A stretch of 64,000 nt of DNA, from the NCBI GenBank assembly GCA_964035545.1, contig OZ037770.1:3938662-4002661 (forward strand), given 5' to 3'. Source of the stretch: Bugula neritina (Eukaryota; Animalia; Bryozoa). The notes beneath the pieces are model-generated. The model worked only from the letters and a program-made list of their open reading frames with translations, was not told the origin of the DNA and did not search any database. Below are positions 24,018 through 38,226 of the stretch, one piece after another; position 1 is the first letter of the stretch, and every line of letters starts with the position of its first letter. A program made the translations under genes and the position numbers.

Positions 24018-27000
24018 TTTTTTTTTTCATATTAGTAATGATCAATCATATATGATAAGGATAATTATTAAATATTGTAAGTGGTGCAAATTCAATAAGG
24101 CTATATAATATAGTCAGGAATATAATAAGTTGCCACCGAAAGCAGATTTCTTTCCCAATTTGTTAGTTTACTATAATAGTTTATTCATTATTTGTTATAT
24201 TAGTATTTTACTGCCTTGAAAAATTGTCTGCATGTTCATTATTTTATACAACAATTGTTATTGCTATAAAAATATCAATTGACATCTTAGTTATGATAAG
24301 AATAAACAACAAGATGCTATCGAATTAAAAACTAAAAGTGAAAACATTCCACTATATATTTATTGCTGTAGCTCACTCATTGCATTACGCAAATAAATTT
24401 TTCATCAACCTAATGGAAATAGTTATATTGACAGAAACCACCACCACAAGTTAATGCTAACTGCAAGCACAAATTATTCTATACCGGCATCCATTCACAT
24501 AATGGCAGTCATGGAAATGCAGTGTACATGACATTTGTTCAGTTACCTATATTCCTATATAGCAGCTGACATGGTATAACAGTTAGACATATACCAATGA
24601 CTGATAGCCCTGCAATGGTACCGATTATCTATATATATAATAATCTGCATAGGCATTAGGCCTAATGTAAACAAAGATTTTAGATAAGATGATACAGTAG
24701 CAAAGCTACCGGTAATAATGGCTAACGTAATAATAGCACGGGTAATAATGGCAGGCATAATAATGGCAGAAATGAAAAAATAAGTAGATGTATGACACAC
24801 TTATGTTTAAGTTAGACAAACTAAAAGCTCCAATCACAAAGCAAATCTCAAACCTAAATGCCCCCATCTCAATCTCAAACTTTTACCTACTCTTTCAATT
24901 GTTACCTAAGCAATGTTTATTTTTGCAATGTGTATTTTTACATGTGCAATTTTACTGGACACCATGAACACCAAAGCTAAGCATAGTGTTATAATCATTA
25001 GTTATACATACTAATGCCCCTATACAAGTGTCACATCAAAATACCATAAGCAATCAAGTTCCTAATGATACCAATATACATATTTATAATTATGAATACA
25101 TGTAAATGATTAAGGTCGAAATATTATTACCAAGTATTTATATTTAACTTGTATAAGATAATTATATTTCGTATTACTATAACTTCAAGTAGTATCATTC
25201 ATGTAATGATCTAAACTATTGCTACTGGTATCTACCTCCAAATCAACATCGCCAGGCAGGTATAATTGGTTGTTGAGACTAACTTGTTATAGAGGCATGC
25301 TCTACTCTCGTGATTCTTATCTCTTATGGTCAATATGTTAATAAAACTCTTGTTTGTCTAAAGCATTGAACACTGCATAGTGGTTTAAGACACTTACTCA
25401 TAACTGGGTTAAATACTGTGCCTTTAATCTAACTGATAACAGTAGAAAGCTGCACGTTACATTGTATGCTATTAGACGCTGTCTAAATTTAACTGATTTA
25501 CCATATTTACCCTGACCTCTATGCTTGTAGAAAGCACCCAGCTTATTACTATAGCGGGTCTAGTGCAGAATTGTGTGTTTTTATTCATCATGTTTTCACC
25601 TCTGACTTTTGATTTACATTTGTACTTTAAATGATGAATTAAGCTTTGTTAGAATTTTTTGGTTGCAAAAATCAATCCAATTTATAGATTATAGTGGATG
25701 TAGGTACAGTACAATGGGGAAATAGAGAAAAGCCTGTGTACTCTAAATTGGAAATGTAACAATAAAAGTTACGTTTTTGCAAAAGTTTTAACTTCCGCTC
25801 CAAACCAATATCTTTGAAGAAACTGTGAGAACTTAACCAATCTAATTTTCTGCACCACAGCACCTAAATGTCATAGTAAGCATTTTATTTAAATCTTCAA
25901 ATGTAATAAGTAAATATAAATTATTCAGCAAAGTGTTGGCAGTAAACGAAATGAATTTATGTTTTTGAAATGTTATTTTAAACTCAACACTTTAACCTAA
26001 TGAAGCATAACCTTGAAAGTTTGGAAGTCTAGATGTTAGCTCTACTTATTTTGTTTAAATTAATAGCTAATACGCTAGTTAGTAATTACGTATAGTTGCC
26101 ATGAAGTGCATTAATTAATGCAACGTTGTTGTAAATTCATCTAAATTTGTTTGACGAAATAAATTGTAACTCCAGCTTTGTTTTCCGCTCATCTGCACCA
26201 AAATTTTGCTTTGAAAAAGTTCAATATTCTCAGCCAACAGTTTACAAAAAACGTGTTGTTTAAATTTTTATAGCATAAATAATACAAGTATTGTTTTGAG
26301 AAAACGTATTGTCTTGAGCAGCAAAGTTGCAATATGGAATATCTTCAGAAACTGTTTTAAATTTTTGTCCTAGAAAAACCTTACCTTCAATTATTTAAAG
26401 GTTTTATTACAGGGCAATATAAGTTTTTGCTTATCTCAATAAGTAATAAACTAGTTGGTGATATAGAATTGCTATGCTATAAAATTGATTAACCTCATTA
26501 TAAAATGTCAAAACAGCACTTAAAATCTTACATGCTCTCACATACTGATATGCTTATTTTATGAGCACAATAAATATAGGCTGACTGAGTGAATAAGCAT
26601 AATTATATGCACTAATAACTTGCTGTTACTCATTATTAGTTATTTCTGTGCTGATAACACGATGAGAAGGTTTCTATGTTATAGGAAGAACTATGAGATA
26701 TATGCACTTTGAGTTTTAAAGCCATGGAGCGATTTCATGCTTTCGAATGCGGCCATGCAGTTTTCTATAATATAAGCTCTATAATATTATCTTATTAACT
26801 GATATAAAAAAAACCCAACTATAGATACAAAGCGTTTTGAAACATGAATTATCGAGCAAATATATCAGCAAAGGCTGCCTAATAACAATAACTTTACAAC
26901 TTTGTCACCATTATTTCTCAAAACAATGACATAATATTAATAAAGTTTAATCTTATTTCAGTGTTTAAACGTCCAAATATAGCAAAGTAAATAATAATTG

Positions 27001-29577
27001 TTGAAATAAACTTCCAGCTTTGTTGAATTTAATGTTATATAAGAGTCACTTGAATTGTTCAGCACAAAAACAAAGTATAATTGCCAGTATTGCAACTCAA
27101 AAACAACGATGAATTAAGCAAAGCGACAGGGAGTTTGCAAATAATGCAGTCTATTCAATAAAAAACTGTACGTACTATAATAGGCAGTAGCAAAACTGAC
27201 TGCTACTAACGTATTTATGTTTGTAAGATTGAGGTATTGGAACGCACTGACAATAACTTACAAAGAAACTTACGCTAATGGCAAAGATATTCTCTCAAAA
27301 AATTAAATTGTTAATTTGAGACTCTAATTATACTGGTTACATAAACATATAAACAACAATATATATTCTATAAGTTTTAAGTTATATTATGCATGAGTAA
27401 AAGTTCAGAATAATGCTCTTTTGTATGTAAAAAAATCAATACTTACGGAATTTTTTTGAAACTGAAACAAATTTTCTATAAGTTAACGTTAAAATTTAAA
27501 ACAACCAAATGAGTTCTACAAAAGTTAGTTTTGATTAGTTAAATTTCTTTGACCTTGACAAGTATTCTCCTATCGCTTTAGTAATACTTTTTTACTAAAA
27601 TAGGCTTTTACCATATAAATAACATAATGACAAATATCCACTTATGAGAAGTGTTCCCATATACAGAATTACAGAAGCATGTTTTAATCAATGTTGTTTT
27701 CTGATTTTTGAGTAAAATACACCACATGTGTGTTACAAATTGAAACAAAAGTCTTACCAGCCTCTTTAGTCTTTGTCCATATTGTTGAGTTTGACTGGAA
27801 CTGGAATTCAGAAATGACGACTTGTTACCTCCCAGCGAGGTGTGATTGAGATGTGACCAGCTGCTGAGCGGTGAAGATAATGATTGGTTGTTGAGACCAA
27901 CTGGTCATAGAGACATGCTTTACCCTCGTGATTCTTATCTCTGCTAGTCAATATGTCAATTAACCTCTTGTTTGTTTGAAGGCTCTATCACTGTGAGAAA
28001 CCGGTGGTGCAGTGTTTGCCCATAGCTTATTGGCACTTATATCGGCTATTGAAAAGTAATATTTGAGTGTTATCAATGATCGCTCATATTAATAACTAAT
28101 AAACTAGTTAGTAATAGTTGCTATGAAGTCTTTTATTAACTTATTGTAAGTTCAAACTGACATTCAACAAGTTACCAAACATAAACTGATATGCGACCTC
28201 TACAAGAGCAGTGAGAATAATATAAACACTTAAGATGACTATAGACTGCACTTGCATTTAGCCTGCAATCTAACAACTTCATTATCAAAAATTAGGATGT
28301 CCAGATTGTTGTTTAAGTACACAAGTTTATAAAATGTGGCCTAATAACTTATATCATCTGGAGACTATATAGCAGTGAAACACAAATTAGTAATAATTGC
28401 TATAACAGACTGGAACCATTCATTCTATCATTATATGTTATAGTCATGAACCTAACTGTTTGGATAAATATTGTAAGCATATTGCTAATAGTTAGATGTT
28501 AGATGTAATTGGTTAATTCACTGCTGATGACATAATAAGAAGAAGAATCATGACTGCTAAACCCTCAAAATTGTACCCGTGGAATGAAGCTTGTTTTCAA
28601 ATAATTAGGCCAGTTTTCTATCACCCACATTTAATTAGCACTACCATCCTTCACTTCATGCAAACAATATTATGATCAATAAAATTCAATTAAAATGTAC
28701 AACAAAGTTAATGAAAAATATGTACAAGTATAGTAATCTAGAGAGAATTTTGCAAATTTGCTCAATCGTGTCAGCCTATTTAATTTTGTTGTCATATCGC
28801 AGTGTTAAGTTTTCAATTAGAATTTTGTTTGAAATTAAGCACCACTGCTTCTTCCTCTTGGTTAATGGCAATGCCGAGTGATTGTTGTTATACAAAATAT
28901 GGGCCAATTAGAAACATGTACCAATTCCACCATGAACCATGCAGTCATAGTGTGCAAATTCAGCTGCAAATTACACCTCATCCTCTTACATAAATTGTTT
29001 ATTTGAAGCTTTTTGTAAACTGTTGTTCAAAAGTTCCAAACTTCAAGTTACAAAGTACAAGTACATAAAGTGACTATATATTAGCTATTATTGTATAAAT
29101 ACAGAATCCTATATTTTTGCTGTCTGTATCTACATGCTTTCACTGCTCTGCATGTATGTGTACAGCCTTGAAGTTTACCTATAAGCAATTAATATTTTAG
29201 TAGAAGTAGATGCAATGTTTTATTACTTGGGTTCTGATAAAATGATGCCTGTGGTTCAGTGTAATTTTCTGCACTTGTGTTTGTAAGACTTCTAGGAACT
29301 TTCTATAATATTTTGACTGTAGAAACAATTATTGCTATAAACTCTTTAGAGTCTTACAGAAAACAAAATATAATGTGTCAGCAGTACCAGTAGTTAGTGT
29401 AACCTATGAGAAGAATTAGCCTTTGCCATGCATAGCAGAAAAAATACAGTGCCTGATCAATATTGTTGTCAAAGTATGGACCAAATTATTAAATAATCTT
29501 CAAACACAAAGCTGAGTGCTAGCAATGTTTGTCTATAACATAAATATGTAATAAACTAATAGTTGCTATGAGTATAT

Positions 29578-29904
29578 TGTGATGGATTTTAGTAGTGCAA
29601 TTATTATTGTATTAATCGAAAAGGTGCACTCTATATGGTTTATTATATTGTGAGTTCGACCCTGTCGGATTGTAGCTATGGACAGCAGTGGCACCACTAG
29701 TAACCACCAATCAGGACAGTCACACTAATTATTAGCAGGTGGAGCTAGCTACTCGTAGTTGCAGTGCGCTGATTATGTAGGCAGTAAATAACCTTCTTGT
29801 ATTTGTGTAAATAATAAAGTTATCTTAGTGTAAACAACCTGGTGCAGTGGCTTTGTCTAAGTAGACCCACACATAATAATAGTGAACTGGCAAAATTCAC
29901 TACA
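29578..29904 (+). mobile_element. Putative solo LTR (TGT...ACA, 4-bp TSD ATAT)
   Basis: Imperfect terminal IR TGTGATGGATTTT / AAAATTCACTACA, flanking ATAT on both sides, internal AATAAA. Confidence 0.6.
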
Positions 29905-30875
29905 ATATTTGCTAACCTATTATAAAATTTAAGTGACACTTAGCTGGCTTCTACTTGTGTACTGATATGCTATATTCATGTAAATAATATTCCTATAATA
30001 TACTATGAATACCTAATTATAACCAGAGTCATTTCAAAAATTTAAACCCACACTCAAACACAAATTTAAAAAGAAAAAAATTTGAAAATTTAGCCCATTC
30101 ACATTTTTACTGAACCTTGAAACATTAAAGCGATTTTGAACAAGAATTGTCCCTATTAACTTTTTTCATCTTGATTATAGAAGTAGAACACGCTGTAATA
30201 AGAATTGGCAACATACCTTGACTAGTAGTAGCACTGAGCTATGAGTGACTAAGTGGGATGTTTGTATATATGCATTGTTGTTTGAACTCTGATTTAGTCC
30301 TGAAATAATGCTCTGAGTCACCTCCAGCTTGGTGCTGCTTCTAGTATCCTTGACCGAATAATTTAGCTAACAACTATAGTAAATAGCTGTTCAATTTTAT
30401 TGGCTTAAGCTTCCAAAGCCTAGAATTTGGCTGTTGGTCAATAAACTTCAAGACGTAGGTACAACTTATAAATTTAGACTTTAAATAGTTAGTATTTAGG
30501 CTCCATAAAAGGTGCACAGATATTTTGTATTAGTTAGCAAATATCATGTGATCCTATTGTCAGATCAGAAAATGCATAGTGTTTTGTATTATGCAGAGTA
30601 GATACTGCACATTAATGTAATTCATTTACAGAGAATAATATGCTGGTAGTGATTATAGTATAGTCAACAATTTGAGTAGGCTATGAATGGTAAATAATTT
30701 ACCAAGTAAATGTAACCTGATATAGTGGTGGTAAACTATAATTTAGTTCCTAGAAAGTCAGTTCTTGGAAAATATGCTATTCTTGAAACTGTAAATAATT
30801 GTAGATGTATATAGGGCTTTCCTCCTTTTTATATGTTTGACTCTTACTTCTGTATTTCACAAGTTATACCTTTAA

Positions 30876-31643
30876 AGGATTGCTCAATCTTAGTTTATTA
30901 CAATCACATTATAATTATGAACTATAATCTAATGTGTATGCAAACAATTGTGACTTTGCAAAGGGATATGTGCCTAGAAACAGCTTTTGAAAATTTCAAT
31001 TTTGAGGAAGGTAAATTTTCAGCCATGAAAAAGAATAGCCTAATACGTGACGTGTGAACGCCAGTAACTATGCTGCACGTGCTAACTATAACGCTAGTAT
31101 TCAAGGTTGCTGAGCACAACATCAACCAATAACGCTCAAGCAGTTACAGCGAGCTATATAGGTCAGATTTGGTGTGCCCGTAATATTGCACAATCTGACC
31201 TAGTTTAGATCAATCGCAGGCATTCATCCTAAAGAATGCCTGTTTTTGCATTGGTTTTTTTCTAATGTTTACAAGCAAAATGTGGCCTAATGTTATCACA
31301 TACATGTTATTTAAAATGTCAAAAAACTATAGATTGAGATAATTCACATTTGCACTTCTATAAATATACAAAATACGAGCTGAAAGATCACATCTCACAG
31401 TTATATTTCTATAGTTATTCATTTGTACAGTCGCGTGACCAGCAGGAATGCTGGCGCTGTTACGTCACATTTCCCAGCTCATTTCAAAATCCGCGTTTTG
31501 GCTGTTACCAATCTACACCCTCAACTTCAACTAACTTTTTCTACCTTTGGTCAAATGCTTTTTGTCAATGCATGCTTAGAAAAACACAATATTATGTGTG
31601 TTTGACCTAAATGGCCATTTATTAGGCAAGATAGAGCAATCCT
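30876..31643. mobile_element. Kolobok-like non-autonomous DNA transposon (TTAA TSD, AGGATTGCTC TIR)
   Basis: TTAA|AGGATTGCTCAATCTT ... AAGATAGAGCAATCCT|TTAA. Confidence 0.75.
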
Positions 31644-32329
31644 TTAAGATATTCCAACTTGCTGAATTATGGTTGCCGTTGGTGCTGAGGCTTGCCTGCT
31701 TCCTTGAAACTTTCAGTGAGATGACTGCTGTGACAGGTTGAAGTAACTATAAATTATTATTATATCTATTCCGTCACGGTATGTAGACTACACTGTATAT
31801 CTACAAAATTCAAGAAATAATGTTGAATACATATTCTGAAAGCAATGGACTTGAAACTTGAAGTACAGCTGAAATTGAAATATGCAAATGAGCTAAGCGT
31901 CATGACACTACATGGAAATTGTTTCAAACATTATTATACTAAACGTATGATTTACAGCGCTTTGAATAATGCAAATTTTATATGCTTAGTAATATGGTAT
32001 TATACCAGTAGTTGTGGTATAGGGACAATTTCACATACATGTTTTGTTCACGTGTTGGGATTTGTAAAATTTTAACCTCATCTTACATGAACATTAATTG
32101 GTAAACAAACATGAATAAAACTGGGACGTATATGATTATTCAATCATATTAACATATAGATGACATTTAACGTTAATTATATACTTGATGAATTATACAG
32201 ATTTGATATGGCCTGGTGTTTACTTCACCTATAGAGCCTAATGCCCACAGAGTCAACACGTGAACAACAACTAGCACATATTATTATATATATATTATAA
32301 TCTTATTATAAAACATATATTCCAGAATA

Positions 32330-33186
32330 TGAGTCATGGTAGAAATGATGCTGGTATAACTTATAATCCCTAAAGATCTTTATATGGTCAAAGTCAAGAA
32401 ATTCTCATCAACAACTCCTTTCCTATTACATTTTTTCAAACTGAAAGCTGCGGGCCAACCAGCAGCTTACTTGGTTGATCAACCTCAGAAATCCAAAACA
32501 ACCCGACTATAAAAGGCAGCTCAGAAGCAGCAACAGCATTTCGACGATCAGAGGAGCATTCGATGATAAGAGGAGCGGTCAACGATCAGAAAAGCCGTTA
32601 ATGGCTCGAAGGAGTCACAGTGTGTTTGGTTTTGTGTGAAATAATTTAGAACATATTTAACTGAATTAAATCTAATCAATTTCGGACTGAGAAGTTCCAT
32701 TGTAAGTAACTTGATTTATTTTTCTTGTGATGTACTAATTTTATTTATGGTTTGTTTTATCACTATATAACTTGTACTTGTGAATTGAAAATCTACTTTG
32801 AAGTCGCATAAATTACATTTGAAGGAATATTGTTGACATTAGGAATTTATTGAGTTACATAGGTTGTTTGAGGAAACTGTCTTGGAATTGTTTGATCTTT
32901 TAAGTTACACCAAATTTATGTTTAACAGGCTTATCAATTTTTGTCGCCAGTATATTATACGCAGCGGGATTTCAAAGGGTCGCTAGAATATACACATATA
33001 TATATTTGTTTTATTTCTTTTGGGTTTGGTTATTATAATAATTTTTCTTGTCTTATAATTTTGTTTCCATATTATTATCAAATAGATATTTTAAAACGCA
33101 TGCAAAATCCATAGTTTTGTTCATTTCCGGAGAGGCAGGCCCTAAATTTGTCTCACGAAATTTATAACCTGAGTGCTACCATTACA
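32330..33186 (+). mobile_element. Putative solo LTR
   Basis: TG...CA with IR ATGGTAG/CTACCAT, near-TSD GAATA/CAATA, TATAAAAG at ~32508 followed by short ACGATCAGAGGAGC-like repeats. Confidence 0.45.
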
Positions 33187-33938
33187 CAATAACACATAGA
33201 ACCACACATATTGTTTATACATAATTAATATTGCCAAACCAAACCATTAATAAACATTTGTCGAGTGGAGATAATTTATATATTTTATTCTGCAGTTATT
33301 GGATTGCAGACACTAATTTCAAAGCAAAATTATTCAAGTAATATCTAATTGTTAATTGTCTCCCCTTGAATCAATTATCAAAGCGAAAAGTTATTTTCAT
33401 TCAAGTAATAAATATAAATATACAGATATTTCAATAAGTTTATAAATTATTAAATATTATTAAAGTTATTGTATTATTATTATATTATTATATTATTTTC
33501 GTTCGACACTATAAATAGTTCTTTAACAGTTTCTTAAAAAGTTGAACTGAGTAAAACTTTTAAAAAATATATATATCTCTTTGAATTTGCTAAAATTTGT
33601 TTCTGTTAGTTTATTGCCTCTGTTAACAAGCAATAAATAGTTGCTGATAATCACTATGGGACTTCTTATGAATTATATGATGATATAATGTAGCCCTTGA
33701 CAACTGTTTACTATAACTTATATCACATCACTTCATAATATAATACTAACGATAGCTATGGGCAAATTTGGTTTAGTATTACCAAACTATACAAGTACAA
33801 GCTTGCTTAAAACATTCAAACAGCATTAGCTATTATAGACATTAAATATATTATATATAGGTATATATTATAATTTATAAGACAAATTGTTTTACAAGTA
33901 GACAGCAAAAGTTTAGCCTAAATAGATTAATTGTTGAA

Positions 33939-34928
33939 CTAATTAGTGTCTACCGGTCGAACTACTCTGTGAGCGCAAGTAGGTCTTCTTAAAATACGTT
34001 TTACATGGTTAAAATAATTTGGATGAAAATAAATAAACATAAAAATGTTCTCAACACCATACATTGAAAGCAAAAGTTGAACTGCTGTTTCTACAGCAAT
34101 GATAGTTGATGTGGATAAAAATTTAACGCTATGACAAATCAGAATTATAATAACAAACAAGAGGTTTACTTGGTAAACTATGAAACACCAAATAATATAT
34201 TTACTGGCCGATATAATAAGTTTATCTTCAGACAAATTTCTTTGGGTCATTATTTTCAATTCTTTCCATGCTTTGACAAGCATTGCTGATATTATTTGCG
34301 AGAGAATGATATTTTGAATTCCAAATGAAATATACACTACATAGTATTCTAGAGTTTTAGGCACCATTTGAGTTGCCAGGGGTGTCCAGCAAAACTTTAT
34401 TTCTGGTATCATGATATGTGCAAGTGAGCTCGGCAATCCTAAGAAATATATCAGTACTGATACAGACTTTATATTTCTTACAAAGAAGTGTGTGCTATAC
34501 TCGTATGGCTTACGCACTCCAATATACTTCTCAAAGCTTGAAACGAAAAATGCCAAGAATCTGAGACAAGCCGCAAATCCTATTGCTGCTAGTGCAAGCT
34601 TTGACATCCAATAACTTGTTGGTCTAGGAAGCTGTAAAATAGCTTCTCTGGTCTTACAATTGTAAAATGCAATACTTAAAATGCTGTATAAAACATCAGA
34701 GACACCTAAGTTCATCAGAATCCAAAAGTAGTTGGCTTTAATCTCTTTTATCTGAGATAGTACAAGGAGATGCAGAATGTTGATTATTATGGATAGGCAG
34801 TTTACCCCATCCACAATCTTCCCAAATGAGTCGTAGCATTGACTAGTGTCATTGTAACAGGGTAATATTTCTGTATGCGACAAACTGTAGTTTTCCATAG
34901 TCATAAATATAACTGATTTGACACGCAT
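33939..34928 (-). CDS. Intronless orphan class-A-like 7TM GPCR, 329 aa
   Basis: Seven hydrophobic segments. TM1 N (IINILHL), TM2 NLGVSD, DRY-like SFEKYIGVRKP, TM7 ENIFMFIY, N-terminal N-glycosylation sequons. Confidence 0.85.
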   Translation of the reverse strand: MRVKSVIFMTMENYSLSHTEILPCYNDTSQCYDSFGKIVDGVNCLSIIINILHLLVLSQIKEIKANYFWILMNLGVSDVLYSILSIAFYNCKTREAILQLPRPTSYWMSKLALAAIGFAACLRFLAFFVSSFEKYIGVRKPYEYSTHFFVRNIKSVSVLIYFLGLPSSLAHIMIPEIKFCWTPLATQMVPKTLEYYVVYISFGIQNIILSQIISAMLVKAWKELKIMTQRNLSEDKLIISASKYIIWCFIVYQVNLLFVIIILICHSVKFLSTSTIIAVETAVQLLLSMYGVENIFMFIYFHPNYFNHVKRILRRPTCAHRVVRPVDTN

Positions 34929-35247
34929 AAGTGTCTACGTTGTTGGGAATCCTATACTACCCATGAACAGGGTAGAGCAGAGATAGGGGAGGTGAGGAGT
35001 ATTTTATTGGATTTACATGGTTAGGAATGTCTTTGTCTTCAGATGTAAATATATCACTTGTTTTGTCTTTTGCCTTTTCTTGTTTCTGTAAGTAAAATAC
35101 GAAGGTTTACCACTTAAGGAAAAACTGTATGACATGTTCAGATGTAAAATGTGTTTAGTGATGTACCTGCATGCATCAATGTATTACTGAGACTTTCACT
35201 TCATGCAGTTTCAGTCAGTTGCATATGGCTATCGTTTATATAATATG

Positions 35248-35605
<358 letters not shown>

Positions 35606-35926
35606 CACTATATGTATAATACATATATGTATTATACAGGCAGATACATGCATCTAGATATATACATTATATTATAAAATGACAACACTAATGTTGCCTT
35701 TACTTTTACATATAGTATGCTAAGAAAACCAATTTTTTTTATTATTTATATAGGCAGGGTGCATGGCCTCATTTATATAATGTGTTTCCATTTCTATGAA
35801 AACACTATAAATCATAAGAGAGCAGATGTTTATATCTTGTCAGTAATCAGTGGCGAACATACAGTTCAATCACTGAAAGTCATAATGATGATATAAAAGG
35901 TTTTGTCAATAAATTGCAACTGCAGT

Positions 35927-36338
<412 letters not shown>

Positions 36339-38076
36339 ATTGCTAACCGAGCTATAGTCTCTTGGAACCTAATTTTATAATAGCTAATTCCATTCTATAA
36401 TATATTGTCACCATTTCTGTTGCAGGTATTTGTACATGCATGGAGGTTGTTGGGGGGGGGGGTATACTACCCACAGCCACTAGAGTGTTACTGGTGGTGC
36501 AAATCAATTTAGGTGTGGGTGCTTATAAATAAACAGATCGTACATACCTCTATCATTGGCACAACTTTCATGTGAGTTTAAATATAAAAAGAAGAACTTT
36601 ACTAGACTGGGCGACGAGCAGCTGACACATCTATGTAGTAAATAAAAATCCCAATTGTTTTTTTGCAAGTGACTATACTGAGCAGGCGCTCTTTCATAGC
36701 CGTGACACATTTTTCATGAATTTTTGAGAGTCTTCAAGTCATAATTTTTTTTTGTATTCCAGCCTTTTATGACATATATTGTCATCATGCAAGTATACTT
36801 TTGATCTTGAATTGGGTAATCAGTTTTATATTCAACATGTTATATGTTTTATATAAAATGTAAATAAACAAAAGACAGTAAAATAAAACATAATTGTTAA
36901 AATAAAACTGTAGCAAAGTGCAGTAAATCTACAAAAACGACAAAATAGCTTTGCTTGCTATAAGCATTATTGTTTAAACAATTTCCTGTTACATATATTA
37001 TAATAAGCCTTTGTAGTCTACATGAATGCTAGACAAGCTATATTTGCTGTTATCAAAGTGTCAGAAATAAACATCTTTGGCTTTATATGTTGGCTGGTTA
37101 ATGTAGTAGTTCAGTTATTCTGTTTAGAGTACACAAGTTTGTTTTTTATAGGAAGTAAAACCATTTCCTTCTGCATTACACAGTAGTTATATAATATTTT
37201 TTTACACTGGTACTATATTTTACTGCTTCCAGTCCTTTTAGTTACAAAAGACTCCTTTTGCCCGACAAGTACTTCAAAAATATTCTATAAATAATTACAT
37301 ACTTGTTTTGTAATGCTATGTATAAAACTAGAAGTTGTTTTGCACATTCTATTGCAATATTTTGGTACTTTATTAGCCTGCTTGAGAGATGAATAACTTG
37401 CAGATGTACATAAATAAAATTTGACAGATTTTATAATTGATATTTTTAGATTATGAACTTATTATTTTAGTCACAGGTTACTGAAGTTTGATTTTAACAT
37501 GCCAATTGGAAATATTATACAAGCAAACGTCAGCTGTTATTTTTAGATTATGGATTGATTATTGCAGTCACTAAGTACTGAAGTTAAATTTTAAAAAACC
37601 CTGAAAACCATATAAAAGCAAACATTTTAACATAATATATTTGAATAAAATTTATTGATAAAATATGAAGAGGAAACTTTGATATACTAGCAAACTAATT
37701 GATATAATAATATTGATAACATGGCAGTTAGAACATGTGCTTGAGACTTAACCTAGTCAGAACTTAGTGTCACATCAAAGTAGAAAGAATAATAAACTTG
37801 GCTAAATAAGAGGAGTGATATAAGTAGGGGTTGTTAGTGTTTAAAAAGTCAGAAAATCAACTGTTACAATATATTGATAATAAATATTATAACCTAACAT
37901 TCTATATACTGTAGGTATAATTAAAATATAGTAGTTAAAAACCTATGCTAGATAATATACGGCTGTCAAGTAATAGTAAACAAGTCACACAGACTCACTC
38001 TTATATGTTTGGAGTCAAGAATCCTAAATAGTTAAATAATGCTTTGTGTAGCTTCAAATAGGAGTTATGTACTGAG

Positions 38077-38226
38077 TTAGGGGTTGTCCTTTCTGTTAAA
38101 CCCATCGAAGCCAGGAAAAAGGTAAAGTCTTTTACCATAAGGAAGAGTATTCCAGATTACAATCAAATTTCTGTTTCTCTCTGAATCTTCATCTGCATAG
38201 AGTTTCTTCACTAGTTTAGTCTGTAC
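38077..38226 (-). CDS. Caspase terminal exon (VQTKLVK...NTLPYGKRLYLFPGFDGFNRKDNP*)
   Basis: tacag|GTA acceptor, caspase C-terminal TL.K.LYLFPG motif, TAA at 38077-38079. Confidence 0.88.
   Translation of the reverse strand, partial: VQTKLVKKLYADEDSERNRNLIVIWNTLPYGKRLYLFPGFDGFNRKDNP

Noticed and set aside
25625-26400. Possible old TTAA-flanked DNA transposon
   Set aside because: The terminal inverted match is too short and AT-rich to support.
28524-28560. CTGATGA motif as another hammerhead
   Set aside because: There is no stem II, GAAA or closing stems.
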